A model generated the notes under the pieces. It made no database searches, had not been told where the DNA came from, and saw nothing but the letters and a program-made list of their open reading frames with translations. From NCBI RefSeq assembly GCF_000181795.1, contig NW_003526943.1:6788122-6852121 (forward strand): DNA of 64,000 nucleotides, read 5' to 3'. Shown piece by piece: positions 14,889 to 28,959 of the stretch; within the stretch, counting starts at the first letter, position 1, and the number at the start of each line of letters is the position of its first letter. This DNA comes from Trichinella spiralis. Lineage: Eukaryota. The position numbers and the translations under genes were made by a program.

Positions 14889-16352
14889 TTAATGAAGTTT
14901 TTATATTCATAAAATTTCAATTAGTTTTTTGCACTTATGTGAAATCAGTTGTAATATTTTTCATAAAAAATAGGGAATGCTTTTTCAATGTTAACTGAAA
15001 GGATTCAGCTGCAAATATTGTCCACTTTGAGCTTAAGCTGAACAACTGCAACTTTGATCGACTTGTCAGTTATATTCTGTTCATTTTTCTTTCTACTGAA
15101 ATCACTTCATTTTTTGCAGTTATTCATGATAAATAAATGAAACTTTAATGTCTTATCTATTATTTTTTCTGAACTATGTGATAATGCAAAAGTTGAAAAT
15201 TTGAGGATGAAAAGCAAAATTTAGCTGCTTCTTGTTCAGTGAGCGTGTAAATTATCCAACCTAACTAACGAAATAACTGTTCCGTTAAAGTTTTGCACTT
15301 TTTATCGAAATGTTTTTCATGCTTTTCATAATTTAATGGAAATCTGATGAGAAATTTCTGCGTTGAAATCACTACAAAATTATAATGCAATGGAACCTGT
15401 ATTTGGAGGTATTTTTGTCCCATTTTACAGATCCCCTGATTACAGAGATTTGACTCAAGAAACTGAAACGTAGTCACTTATCTAACAAATTTTAAACTGT
15501 TTTGGGTGTCCAATTACCCAATTTTGCTTAAAACAGAGAGATAAGGCGTTTTCATATGGAATATACCCAAAGGAATGAGTAGTTTTTCTAAAGATCAAAT
15601 AAATATAAAGTAAAATGATTTGATAATTCCATCATTTCATGCAATTTACGCGCCCAAGAAACATCAAATTTTAAACTTTGCATTTTGTCTTGTTTTGAAT
15701 GTAAAGCTGTTATGTCAAAATCATCATTCAATAATTTAAAACAATCACATAAATACGCGTGCAGTTGTTTAGCTTAGTTTGAATTAACCTACAAATGTTA
15801 ATTCAAAAATTTCCTCAGCAATTTCATGATAATTTTTAGATTTAAGCAAAGTCAAAAAATGATCCGTTAATGTAATGAATTTTCATTATACTGTTTTTCC
15901 CAAAATCATTATGCTTTTATACAAAGCTCGCTGATGCTAATCTACATGAACTGATAATGCATGCTTTGTTCAGCTCACTAACAATAAAAGCTAGGCATTA
16001 TCTCTCATTGGCTGATGTTTAAATGTCTTGTTGTATAAGCTGTTCTTTGTTTGACATTTAAGTGGCACTGTAATCTAGGACACTGCCCTGAAATAGAATT
16101 TTATTTCAAAATAATGAAAATCAAAAATACTTTTTGAAATATTAATAATTAAATTATTATCACATTTTAAATACAATTTTGTAATTTATTAGCATGTACT
16201 TTTATTTTTTATTTACATAACTATGACTGTCATAAAATGTAATTTGTACTTATTACAGTATATTTCCAACAACTTGATTTTCATTATATTCTACTGTTCT
16301 TTATTCATTGTTTTCGTTGTTCATTAAACATATTTTATTTTGTTTTCCATCT

Positions 16353-19300
16353 ATGACGAAAGGTAAGACGCTACGAAAGCGCTGCTTCTTTGATATTGCT
16401 GTAGAGAAGCGTCCACTAGGTCGAATAGTGTTTGAGCTGTATAATGACGTTTGTCCAGCAACCTGTGAAAATTTTCGTGCTTTGTGCACTGGAGAAAAAG
16501 GGAACGGTTCGGTATCAGGAAAACCGCTGCATTATAAGAATTGTATTTTTCACCGTGTGATTAAAAAATTTATGATCCAAGGAGGCGATTTCACCGCTGG
16601 CAATGGTACAGGTGGTGAGAGCATCTACGGGGGAATGTTTGCGGATGAAAATTTTCATCTTAAGCACGATGAACCTTACAAATTATGTATGGCAAATCGT
16701 GGACGTGATACTAACGGCTCCCAGTTTTTCATAACTTTACGAGCTGCTCCACATCTTGACAATCAACATGTCGTTTTTGGTCGTGTTGTTAGCGGTCATG
16801 ATGTGGTAAACGAAATCGAAGCTTTAAAAGTGGAGCAAAAGACTCACCGACCGTTGCAGGATGTCGTCATCGTGAACTGTGGAGAATTACAAGCTAGGAA
16901 GAAACGTGATTCTTCAAGCTCAACATTGAGCGTTAATAGCAGGAAGTGTGAGAAAGAAAAAAAGAAAAAAATTAAATCGAAACGTAAGCAGTTACCGGAA
17001 AAGCACGAGAAGAAATTGGAACGCAGTGCTTCTCCTCATGCTTTACATTCACAACAGTCGCCTCGAAAGCGAAAAACTCCTTCAAAGGTGCAGGAAGATA
17101 GATATCGTTCTAACCGAAATGGTATGCACCGCTTCCGGCGTCAGCGATACAGTCCACCACGTCGACATTTTTACAGTAGTCGGTCAGGAAATTTACTTCG
17201 AGGTAGAGGATCGTTCAGGTTAGTGCATTACATATATTTATTTTAATTTTTCTGTTGTGCAGTGTGGCATAATGCGCACTCATTATTTTGAAATTATAAT
17301 ACTATAGTGCACATATAGAATTAATAATTTTAATTAGTTTATTTTTTTTATTTTTATGATTTTGTTTATATTAGTGATGAGTTTTGTTGTCAATTTGTTT
17401 TTTGGTATATTAATTGTACGTTTAAAAATAGAAATATCTCATAGCTAGCATTTTTTACTATCATTTTTTCAAGGATAATATTGTTATACAAAACAAAAGC
17501 ATTGAACAGCTGATTTTGACGGTTGCAAAGATTTTTTTCGATCTAGGAAATGGAAATATTTATGAAAAGAAAGTTGAATATGCATGCATTTGTAATTTTT
17601 CAGGTTATGTTATTAAATTTTTTTAACAGAAATCTGTCATTACTGTACATTTTATGTTTGTAAATTATTATTTTTATTATTAAGCTGTTATTTTTAATGA
17701 TATGTCTAATTTTAAAAGTATACTTTTATGAAATTTCTACAATTTCTTTTTATCAAGAGGTAGTAAGATTTACTGGATTTTTTTAAAATTATAATGCAAA
17801 GTGTAGTACATGTTATGTAAATAGCACATGCAGTTTTTACTATGATATTAAGTATGTGTGATTTCGATTTTTTTCGACTATTTCTAATGGTTGATTTTCA
17901 GTTTTTTGCAGAAGCATTGTGCGAGCATATTTAGGATGAAATTCTTTTAATTACAAATATTTTTACATGAGGAAGGAGATATTTTTTTTATTGCTGTTTA
18001 TTTAAATAATCGAAACAGAGTATTCAGTATTTGTTGTTCATTCAACTGTTTTCATGATCAATTTCAAAATTGGGATATTTATATTCCATTGCAGTGATAA
18101 ATGTGGTGAAGTTGAATTGCTTCGAATCGATCGTAAAATACAGTAACATTGTCTAGAAATTTAGTTATTCTATTTTCAAACGAAAAAAAAAAATATATAT
18201 ATATAGTCTTCGGATTGGTTATTTTAATTTTCAATGAATACATTTATTAACAGTGGTATTTTTTACTGCAAATGAATGAATCTGTAATATCGTTGTAAAA
18301 TTGTCGATTGATTTTGCATGAAGGTTTTGAATGTTTCAGATTTCTAACCCCTACGAATAATGACGAAGATTCTGCTGACGAAATGCCACTTCATTGGCGT
18401 GTTGAAGTGGAAAGACTGATACCAATGAAAGAATATGAAAATCGTATAAAAGAGATGCGGAAAGAGGATCGTCGACAGCGTCGACTGCTTGAACAGCATG
18501 AAATGCAAAATCGAAACAGTGAAGCTGAGAAAGAGGAGTCGACTGCCGGTGGGGCGGTGAATTTGGATGAGAAATGTTCATCATCAGAAGCTCCAAACAA
18601 CAGAGAAGAATCGACAGTGGAACATTCAGCAGCATCAGAACAGAATAATTTACCATCTGAATTGTCTGAAAAGATGTCCGTTCTTGTCAGTGCTGACCCA
18701 TCGGATGTTGCTGTTGTCGTTGATGAACGTGCTGATGCAGAAAATCCAAGTGACATTTCCACCGGCACTGATGATGAACAGAAGCCCAACCAGGAACGGC
18801 GGCGACAGGTGCAAGAGGATGTGAATTTGAAGTTGGAAGTTGAAAATTTGTCTCCAAAGAAAAAAGAGGACCATTCGGTTGGAACAGAAGTGGGAAAGCA
18901 ACGTGCTGAAGAGAAAAGGCATGGGAAAAAGGAAAAGCAGAGTTCTTCTGACGAAGAGAAAGATGGAAATGTGGGAAAGACGAAGAAGAAGAAGAATGGA
19001 AAAGAGAAAGCAGTGGACGATGGCAAGCAGTTGGCGGCGGATAAAGAGGCAGTTGGTCAACGCGATCAGGATATTGGACGTGGTGGTGGGCGTGGTCGTC
19101 GTCAGTCGAGCGCTGAGAGAAGAGGTCGACGGAAGCACGAAGAAGAAGAAAGTGACGATGGAAGTCACCGTGGTTCTCGTCGTCGTCGTCGTCGTGAGCG
19201 CAGTCACAGCCGTGGGCGTGGTCGTGGTCGTCGTCGTCCCTATCATTCCAATGATCGACGTTCTCATTCTCCTCGACCTCGTCGAAGTAGGGACCGTTTG

Positions 19301-19630
19301 AACAGTAGGCATGAAGTTCGTCGTCGAGAGGAAAGCGGATCTTCGAGCGAACGAAGCAGTCGAAGAAATATGGCTGTTATTAAGCAGCGTGAAGTGGATA
19401 AAAAAGAAAACAGACATGCTGCGGTCGAGAAGAGGCGTAAACGGTACAGGCAACGATCATGCAGTAGCAGTACTGGCACTTCGGATGGCAGTCGTCGAGA
19501 AAGGAAGAAAGCCAAAACCAAAGATGAAAAGCAGAGCAGCAGGCACGACCATCGTAAAAGACGGAATAGCAGTTCTTCCAATTCTGAATCAACCACCACC
19601 ACCACCACCACCACCACCAGTTCATCATGA
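16353..19630 (+). CDS. PPIG: Cyclophilin-type peptidyl-prolyl isomerase with long charged/RS-rich C-terminus (PPIG / nematode CYN-8 type)
   Basis: Exon 16353-17218 has [64 protein letters not shown]. Phase-2 intron 17219-18339. Exon 18340-19630 is E/K/R/S-rich. Confidence 0.93.
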
Positions 19631-20104
19631 AAGCAATCAGTTGGAATAATAATAAAATCACACTTCGCACAGATAAAGATATATTTGCCTCTATCTCTGC
19701 TCTACTTGAAATAATAATATTTCGTTTTTGTTAATACTATTATTATTATTATTCATGTTCACTGTACATATTATCATTTATACCATTTTTACAGGTATTT
19801 TTGAATTTAGATTATGTACGTTGTTGCATTTCACTTTATGCAAGTAATAAAACATTTGTTAATAATAATTATTTTTATTTTTATTTTATCTTGTTGCATT
19901 TTTGAAATTCAATCATTAACATTCATTACAAAATAAATAATAGTTGAATTTTCGTCATTAAGTGTGATGAGTTTTGTTATTTTAAAAAATTTTTCAGACA
20001 TTCAAAAAGTATATGATGATACAATTAATAAATTAATATAATGAATAAAATTAAGACATAATAAATGAGTGTTAATTGAAATCATAGTATTCAAAATTTG
20101 TAAA

Positions 20105-21094
20105 TTAGGGTTTTTCTTTGTCGCCTATACGGGCTTGCTTTTGTAGAGCGGTGATCTGCTCGTTTTGCGCATCTTCTATAGCTGCCTGTTCAGACGAAGA
20201 ACACTTTTTAATTTCCCAATCGTACGGAGCCGCTCGATCTCGTTTTAAATATTTCAGAACATTTTCCAACTGGCTGATGAACCACGCGTAGTTCGGCGTC
20301 TCGGAAAAAGTCATCCCGTTCACTTTAGCATAAATTTCGTAAAATTGCTTCGGCATGTTGCCCAAAATTTCCGACGGTATCAGTTGATTTTTCATACGGG
20401 CCACATTATTCTCATCTCTCACATCGCGCCACATCAAATATCCACGTCTGAATTCGATGAGCGTGTACAACCAGCTGTACAAGTCGTCCCGTCGACCGTA
20501 GTCCTTACGGGCGTGGCAGTGTGGTGACGCGTAGCGGATTGTACCACGGAATTTGGCCATACTTCTCGGCGGTATCAGTATGCCTTCATCCGTCTTATAA
20601 CGACGCGCCATTCCAAAATCAATCAGGTAGACATTTCTTTTGTCGTCGGCGTTGATGCCGATTGTATAATTTGAACCTTTGATGTCACGATGCACATAGC
20701 CGATTTCGTGCAAATCGCGCAACGCTTCCAGCATCTGGATTCCCAAGTTGATCGTGGTTTCCAGTGTAAATTTTCGGTGCTTCATCGACCGTCGCAATTC
20801 GGTCAAATTTTTCCCCGCTAACGTCATCACTATGAAGCTGAAACGATCCTGGTGGCAGTATTCGATCAGCTTCAACCCGTGCTTGCTGTCCTCATAGCTG
20901 GCCATGACCAGCACTTCTCTCGCCAACGTTCCCACATTCTCTTTCTCATCAGACGACTTCATCGCATACTGTCCACCGCATTCATCCCTTACTCGGTACA
21001 CCGATCCGAAGCTTCCCTCTCCAATTTTCTGCGTCACAGTCCAATGGTCGTTGACAACGGTGTCAACTTTGATAGAAATTTCTTTCTTAGCCAT
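20105..21094 (-). CDS. Tau-tubulin kinase / casein kinase 1 family Ser/Thr kinase, intronless
   Basis: IGEGSFG, YAMK, HRDIKGSN, YLIDFGMAR, FRGTIRYAS, GRRDDLYSWLY. Probable start MAKKEI at 21094. Confidence 0.93.
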   Translation of the reverse strand: MAKKEISIKVDTVVNDHWTVTQKIGEGSFGSVYRVRDECGGQYAMKSSDEKENVGTLAREVLVMASYEDSKHGLKLIEYCHQDRFSFIVMTLAGKNLTELRRSMKHRKFTLETTINLGIQMLEALRDLHEIGYVHRDIKGSNYTIGINADDKRNVYLIDFGMARRYKTDEGILIPPRSMAKFRGTIRYASPHCHARKDYGRRDDLYSWLYTLIEFRRGYLMWRDVRDENNVARMKNQLIPSEILGNMPKQFYEIYAKVNGMTFSETPNYAWFISQLENVLKYLKRDRAAPYDWEIKKCSSSEQAAIEDAQNEQITALQKQARIGDKEKP

Positions 21095-24000
21095 GCTTAG
21101 TCCGACTCTTTCAAATACAACCACAACAATGAAGCTGTTGAATTTGTTTTCAAATTGAGCATTCAAACTTTAAACTAAATTTTTACCTTCTAAAGTTCAA
21201 TTTGTTTAAATTTAAATTTCCACGACAGTGCTTTAAAATTTCAGTAATTTCACTTCAATCAAAGATGTTTTTTTAAAGAATATATAGTTTTTTTTATAAT
21301 CTTTTCACAATTAAATTGTTTATTTGTTTTAAATTTTTGAAAAAATATTGTCGCCCATCTTGTCATTGTAAAATTTTTTAAATTATATAATAATATCATT
21401 TATTTAGCTCAACTGAACTTGAAAATTGAACAAGTTCAAGATTGAACTGTGTTTGGAAGAAAGGATAAATTTGCTTTTGATTATCAAATAACTCGGAAAT
21501 ATTCGACTTTTTATTTTATTAATTTTAAGCAGTACAAATTATATGAATTGCATGTTCAACTTTCGATAATACGAAGTTGTTTACTGTTCACTTTTGTTTG
21601 ACAAAAATACTCGATCGATTTACTGTGTGAGAATTCTTTTTTTTTAAATTAAAATACTCCCGGATGGTACTTTTCATCGAAAAAGAAAATATGATAACGT
21701 TGAAGTATTTATTAAATTTGAATATAAATGAATAAACAAGGTGTAAATGCTTCACAAATCAAAGTTTAAACGTTAGAATGAGAATGAAAGAAAGACAAAT
21801 ATCTTTCCCAGAGATAAAGAAGAGAAATAATGTTCAACAAAAGGAATACTTTGAAATTGATATACTGGGTACAAGATGGAAAAAAAGAAGATTGAGAATA
21901 GGATTTTTCACTTTCATTTGTATTCAATTGATTAGTGGAAATTTTTCAATGTTTCGTAACGAGACAACTTTAACAAAACATTAGAGCTTGTGCAAACAGA
22001 TGCAATTGTATCCGTCCATCCGGTGTACAGTATCACTGGCATTGCAATGAAAATGCATGCAGCGTTCTGAAATTTTGTCCATCAAATGAAAGTGAATTTC
22101 CAAATTTGGAAGTTTTATTTCGAAAATATTTAAAGCATCACTAAACACCAGTGTATACAATTTTAATCGACTCCAGTTTTAAGTTTCAATCAAATTTCTC
22201 AAGTCATCTTGGTCTCCATTGCTGACCGTTGCATTCATTTCCACTAATAACTGAATTGTTCGATTGATTAATCAAAACAGAAAGAGTGTGAGAGGGAGAG
22301 AGAAATGCTGGCATCGATCCTTCCAGCGAAATGGTCACCATCTCTTGCCCTTATTCTGTGCAGTGTTTCAGCTGGTGTCTCTCTCCCCCCCCCCTCTCTC
22401 TCTCTTTGCAAGCATCCATGACTGATTCATTTTGATTAATTTTGCTTGTTCCTTGCTATGAAAAATGTGCATGGACTTTCCGGCCATTTCGCTCATTTGA
22501 AGAAATTCATGCAAACTTCATTCGAAACTGCATTCAATTCAAACTTCCAATCACCGACAACAGCAACATATGCAGCACTACTTAAACATTACATGCTTAT
22601 CCAAGTATATTGTATTTGTTTTATATTATTTTATTTTATTTTATACAATTTCAAATGTCACATTAATTCTACTATCATTCTCTAGAGCAGAGTTTTCAAA
22701 AAAAAGAGAAAAAAAGCATTCTATAAATGTTAAACACTGTTTGATGGTATGCATATATTTGTTATCATCTTTAAAATGTAAAAATTAGCTATAAATTTCA
22801 TTTACTCTGTGAAACATTTGTTTTAGATTGTTGATGATTATATTATTATTAGGTTCAGTTTTCATTGTGTTGGTCACATGAGAACAAACTTTTCCATATT
22901 GGTGGAATATTATATTCAGGCATATAGATTATTTTTCATCATCATATCATAAATATATTATGATACATCGTATTTATTTTTAAAATGATTTGTTAAATTT
23001 TAATAAAAAGTTTGGTTATTTTTACAAATTGTATATAATTATTTTTCAGTTATGTTCATTTTGCACTTTTTATGTCATATGCAACAATAAAAAATTACTT
23101 GAATAAAAAAAATATTCAAATTCGTTTTTAATTAAAAATCTCAGCATGTAAGGAGTGCTTTTTTGTTAAAATGTCTGACTACAATGTTACTTTCCTGAAA
23201 TGTATTGCTTTTCAGTTGCAAGAAAAGCAGCTTACCACATCTGAAAATACATTTTTGATATAAAATGCTCTGTTTAAAAACGCTAGAATAAAAAATCTAT
23301 ATACAACATATTATCATTTCATATCGTTTAATTTCATGAAATTGTTGTTGAGCGTGAAATAATAAACACTGTTTTTTGTTGTTATTGTAGTCACTTACAA
23401 ATTATTGAATTAAATTAAACGACAACATTAATCATCTGAAAATATGCATAATTATTTTTGCTTGAAAATGATTCCTCATATATTTGTTCTCATACTTTTT
23501 CTTCTTCTTGTAGTGTTTGTTCTTCTGAAATTTAAATTAGAACAACATAGGCAATTTAAAAATTCCTAAATTCTAAATAAAAATAAATCAAATGCTCAGT
23601 AAATCAAATAAATTAATTTAAATAAAATATATTATTATCACTAATCATGAGAACAATACTATTATTTCAATTATTATTATTCTCCTAAAAATATTAATTA
23701 TTTAAATAATATTGATTTTTTAGCAAAATATTTAAAGTAAAAGCAAAATCTACTGAGATAACTTTAAAAAATTGATCAAAAAAAGTTTTCTAATGTGAAA
23801 TGCACATAATTGTGATATTCGAAGACTTTTTATGCAATACAGGTTAAGAAGAATTGTTTACAATTATGTAAATGCTCTTTTGGAAATAACTACATACAGA
23901 AGTTGAATGTATGACGTGAATGCTAACCCAATATTACCCGTGTGTATTTATTCATAAATATATTTGAACTAAAGAAGGATTTTTTTAAACTTGCAATAGA

Positions 24001-25084
24001 ACTCAACTTGTTTTTTAGCATTAAACAACTCTTGTATAAATAAAGAAATATATAAAAATAGGATTGCACACTTATTGACTATGGCATGTAATATTGATTT
24101 TTGAATTTTGATTCATTGAAATTGTGTGTGTCAGAGTGAAAACTGCAAATGCAAATATAATAAAATTTATACATACCTTTATACAGTTACTCTTCAATGG
24201 GCATTTGCTGTGAAAATTTGTTTACAGTGGTGTTTCAGAGCAATTTTTCAAAAGCTGTTTCTCAAAAAACAGCTTTTCTGGTCCTTTTTTTCTTACAAAG
24301 TAAAGAAATTTATTTGTTACGACCATTTTTTCCAGACTAATCAAACACAGCATTTTACTTATTCATGTTTTTTATTGGGAAAAATTTTAGGATGTACAAA
24401 ACTTTGTCATTGCTTTGAGTTGTAAGAATGAATTTTTATTCCAATTTTCTAAAAATTATAATTATTTTTACTTTTTTTTAATTTAATATTTACTCTGTAA
24501 TTGAATGTTTTGAAATTTATTTATCTCAAGCATAATATCTGTTCATTATTTTGAGAAGAATTTTCAAATTCCCATTTTCAATTTTACAGTATCAATAACA
24601 CATAGTTAATCTACATTTAGATAATTTATGTTATTTTAGCTTTTACGTTAGTACTGACAATGCATTTGTTAGTTTTTATAATTACAAAAATTTTGAAGCA
24701 AATATCATGAACGAACACACTTGCATATATACATATTTGTTTTTAGCTACTGACAGTAGTTTAATATCAATTTGGATACAGTTAAATCATGCAGCAGCTA
24801 ATATGTAAATTTAGCGTTATTGTTTAGAAGAGATTAATTGACATTAAAAAGATGTTAAAATTTTAAAATTGATTATAAAAATTGTTCATTATATCCTATT
24901 GAATTTATTTTAAATACAATTTACCTGTTTACAGTATTTCACATAAATACACCTCAACGTATAGTATTACAACTATTGTATAATTGAAAACATGAAGAAA
25001 AAAAATTGCAAAAAAGTATTTGTTATATTAAACAAAAATTCCTGCTTTAAATGATTGTTTTATGCTATTTGCTCATCTTTAGCT

Positions 25085-27160
25085 GACCAACCAAACTATG
25101 ATAGTCGCAATTGACATGGCGGCAGCTTTTAAAAGGGCTAAGCAGCTGCGCCGCGTTAAGCTTTCGGCATATTCGGTCAACAACGCAGCATTGAAGCGGG
25201 TCGACCAACAGTTTTTATGGAAGTGTGCCACGTTCGGCGCTTTACTTTGGTCTACTGCCAAACTGACAAGCTGATGACAGCTGCTCACCTATATTTGATT
25301 TTCCTCCTATATCCAGGCTTTGGGTTTTTTACCTCTGCCATCACCTCACTTGACACATTTGCTGCTCTGATAGCGTTGTTTGCTTTTTGCAGCCGCTTTT
25401 CTACGAAGCAAACGTTGTAAGGTCTTTATTATCATCCCTTTACTTTGACCTCATGTCTGTCTGATCTTGATTTGAAATTATACATGTAATAAGGTATATG
25501 GTGAATTACTTTTTATTCATAATTTCTTCATATATATTACCCAATTGCGTCACTTGATTTAAATGTTCAAAGACATTGTACTTATTTAGCAGAAATGTTT
25601 TAAATAATTCATACAACTGTATTGTTAGTCGAGGTGTTTCAAAAAGTAACTTTTTCAATTGATTTTTTCGAGCAAGTATCTTCTATGAAGTTATGAGATG
25701 AAAATTCTTTTACATTTCTTGTTTGAATTTTTCATTTTCCCCTCGACCATGGATGACTGTGTAATGGAATAGCGCTTTTTCTAATTGTTTCTTGAGCCAG
25801 AAAACTGGATAAGATCGCCCAGTGGAGAAATTGAACTGCCAAGTCGACATTATCTTGACTTCATAAATAGAAATTATGGATCAAACAGTGGGGAGTGCTA
25901 ATCTACCGCTGCTTCAAATTAAACACGGTTGCATTTGATTAATGTTTCAGTTTTGCGGGCTCTAATTTCGAATGTTAATTTTTACTTATATAAGAAATAG
26001 CAGCTGGCCACAATCACCTCCCTTTTTCAAGGTGTGACGCGCTTCAATGCTTCAGACGCTTTATTGTTGATCATCGTGGCGTCAAGTTTTAAATAATTTG
26101 ACGGCTTCGTGCTTTTTCCATATCTTTGTCACGTTGTGCCTTTTCCAGTGGAAGTCGGTTGGTTTGTCGCTTGACGAGAAAAAGCTCCAGGTGACGCTTC
26201 GAGCAAATCCAAATTTGCAGCTGCATTTGGTACATTTCGAAAATTTCCATCACTATTGATCTTTTATTTTTCATTTCTCACCTTGCATTAGTGTTGGGTG
26301 ATCAAAAATTGCTTTCGCATTTTAATTCACTCGGCTTCATCGGCACCGACAATTTCTTCGTTCCACGCTTATTTTCATTTTTCCTTTCCATTCATCAACT
26401 GGTTGGTCACTACCGCTGCTGACCGTTGAGGTCGTGCTTTTGACAAAAACAGCAAACAAGGTGACTCTTTTGTATTGCAACGTTTTCAGCAATTTCTTGG
26501 CCGGTTTGTGTTCATTCGAAAAACAGTTTTACCTCGCACAAACCTTTTCCAAGAAAACAATGTTTTCTTCCATTCAAATGGAAGCAAGCCCGTCGACAAG
26601 TGCCACTTTTTTATTCTGTTCTGCAGCTAATCTCGTCAGATACTGCGGTCAATATGGGATGGGTTTGTTGTTTTATGGATCCGAGGAGTGAGCATCCGGC
26701 TGGGTAATTTGCTTTTGGAATGATAGCCATTTACACCAGTCCATTTTTCCACAAATCATCTGCATTACACTTCCGGTACAGTCGGTAGGGTCAGGTCATT
26801 AGTGTCGTGCTGTGGTGGTGCATTTCCGTCGAGTAAATATTATGTCACATTTATACGTTCTTTCTGGCAAACTCAATTGACCGGTCTGTCTTTGTCATGG
26901 TCTAGATTGGGTTCCTTTTCAAACCGACGACCATTTTTATTACACAGCGTCGACTGCGGTATATGCTTTGCCTTCTCTTCCCCCATTGTGTGGCAGTTTT
27001 CCATTTCACATATTGAGTAGCAGCACCCTGGGGCGAGCGTTGACGCTAATACATCTGGATTGCACCTCAATTTTGCCAATACTATCCAATAGATGACTGC
27101 TTCTGGGGATGTCGAATTCTTAATTGGGAAATGGTTTCCTACTTGAAAATGGCAGCCGTT
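25085..27160 (-). pseudogene. MSH6: Heavily degenerate MSH6 (MutS homolog) pseudogene
   Basis: Collinear broken motifs: FQVG...IVLAKLR (PWWP-like start, 27148-27065), E*TQT (EQTET, ~26510), YLKLDATMINN (LDAVTLNN, 26095-26063), VIHGRGENEKFKQE (~25740), VEKRLQKANNA (IEKKLANLINA, ~25390), DIGGKSN (Walker A NMGGKST, 25313-25293), LLVD (Walker B, ~25205), NAALLTEYAESL, YHSLV (THYHSLV, 25103-25089). Many stops, frameshifts and deletions. Confidence 0.8.
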
Positions 27161-28959
27161 GTCGTCTGATCACAACGACTTATTCTCAATTTTCTCTTAA
27201 AATTACCAACGCATCTGTTCCAGAAATGTTTTGAACCAAATTCCATTTTTTTCCAGCTACAACTAGGTATTGTTTGATCTGCTTACTTTTTTAATAGCAT
27301 ACACTGATTATTAGCCATTACTTTTAAATGATACTTCAGTTCTTTTAAAAAGTATTTGCATAATCAGTAATTTACGCATTTTTATTGCCATTACATAACT
27401 TTTAAGCATACTTATTAAAATAAAATAAACATCTTATTAACTTTCAATTCACAGAAATGCTTATTTAAATTAAAAAAAACTTTCAACTTAACAAATTGCA
27501 TGTTGGGAATATGAAATTTGAATCTTTCATTATCACCTCTTTGCACATCAGTGTGTTATAATTGTAATTATTTTCTGTCTTTATGATTTATGTTTTGATT
27601 ATTCTTATCAGTTTCTATCTAGAGTGAATTTATACCTTGAACATTTTTAACTTCAACTTTATTAGTTCAACTTTATTTATTGAACTATTTTTCAAATAAA
27701 ACTCAACATTTATTTTAAATAATGAAAAGTTACTTAGTTTGCAAAGTGCAGTTTATAATAAAAAGCTTAATCATTATTTGATTTTTTATGTTTAATTAAA
27801 TTTTCTTCAATCCATTCATTAATGCATTTGTTCTTTCTTCAATTTTATCACATGATAAACAGCATTCAGTTGTTTCACAACGATCGCTGTTTGGGGCACA
27901 GCATCATGGAACCATTTGTTCCAAGCAGTTGATTTATTTGCCAATGATATTCCGACTAAGCCTCGTGCTTCAGCATGCTTATTAGTTGGCTTCACATTGT
28001 AGCCGCTGAATATCCATTTGGTTGGGGTTGCCATCTTACAACCAGCAGTGCATTCAAACGCGGCTGTTCAAAGCACATTTTGTGTATATTTGTTGAACGG
28101 ATATTAAATAGGGGTAGCATGTGAATTTTATTTTCTTTATTTTTAATTTTCTAATCTGAGCATTATTATTCCATCCTAGTGTCGACGGTGAGTGTGAACT
28201 GTCTTGAACAGCGTGGGTTTAATTTTTCCAGGTGTATTACGATTGTTACATGAGTCCTGGTTTAAAACACCTAGGGGGGGGGAGGGTGGGTAATTGTTCG
28301 ACTTTTGCTTTTGCTTTCTTCCAGTAACAAATCGGCTATTTCTGCCATTTTGAAGCGTCCAAGTGCTGACTAGTCCATTAAACGGCTATGAATGAGCAGA
28401 ATTATTGCTCAATATAAAATAATTGGTTGTGACACTGGGTGCGTTGACCAAGTTGATGCATGAAGTGGCGTTAAGTCCCATTTACTGGCCGTCCTTTTCC
28501 TTGCAAACGCCACCGGTGGTAGCCTTCTTGACCTCTGACGTCCATCTGCTCTACACTGGCAAAAAGCTGGAGTATCCAAAACAGGACGTTTATCGTCCTT
28601 TTGCATTTGACAAGAGCATCAAATGACCATTAGTAATCTGCACTTGTTCTTGCCATTTTATTATAAAATGATAATTTTTGATTTGGAATATTTTCGTGTA
28701 AACTGGGAAGTGAATTGAAGGAAATTTCACTCTCTGCAATAAATGATACCCATACTTCTTTTTGACCTTGACTGCCCAATGCAGCTTTGTCGGGACTCGT
28801 GTTTACACATCGATGCTTTTCCTTAGCCTGCTGCATCTGCGTTTGGCTTTCGCATTGATGCTAGTCAAGCAACCTGGTATTCTGCTGACAAATCGGTCTG
28901 TTGATTTAGATTTCATTTGATAGGCATCCAATTGTCTACTGTTGTGATCTTGGCAAGAT

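Noticed and set aside
18351..19670. Several long overlapping and antisense ORFs over cyclophilin exon 2
   Set aside because: By-products of low-complexity R/S/E/K codons and (ACC)n/(CGT)n repeats; no independent motifs.
21980..22890. Small exon-like segments and 70-80 aa ORFs upstream of the kinase
   Set aside because: Could not assemble a consistent spliced frame or recognise a family.
24250..24278. Perfect 11-bp hairpin AAAAGCTGTTT/AAACAGCTTTT
   Set aside because: Isolated and AT-rich, with no supporting context such as a Helitron end or miRNA-length stem.
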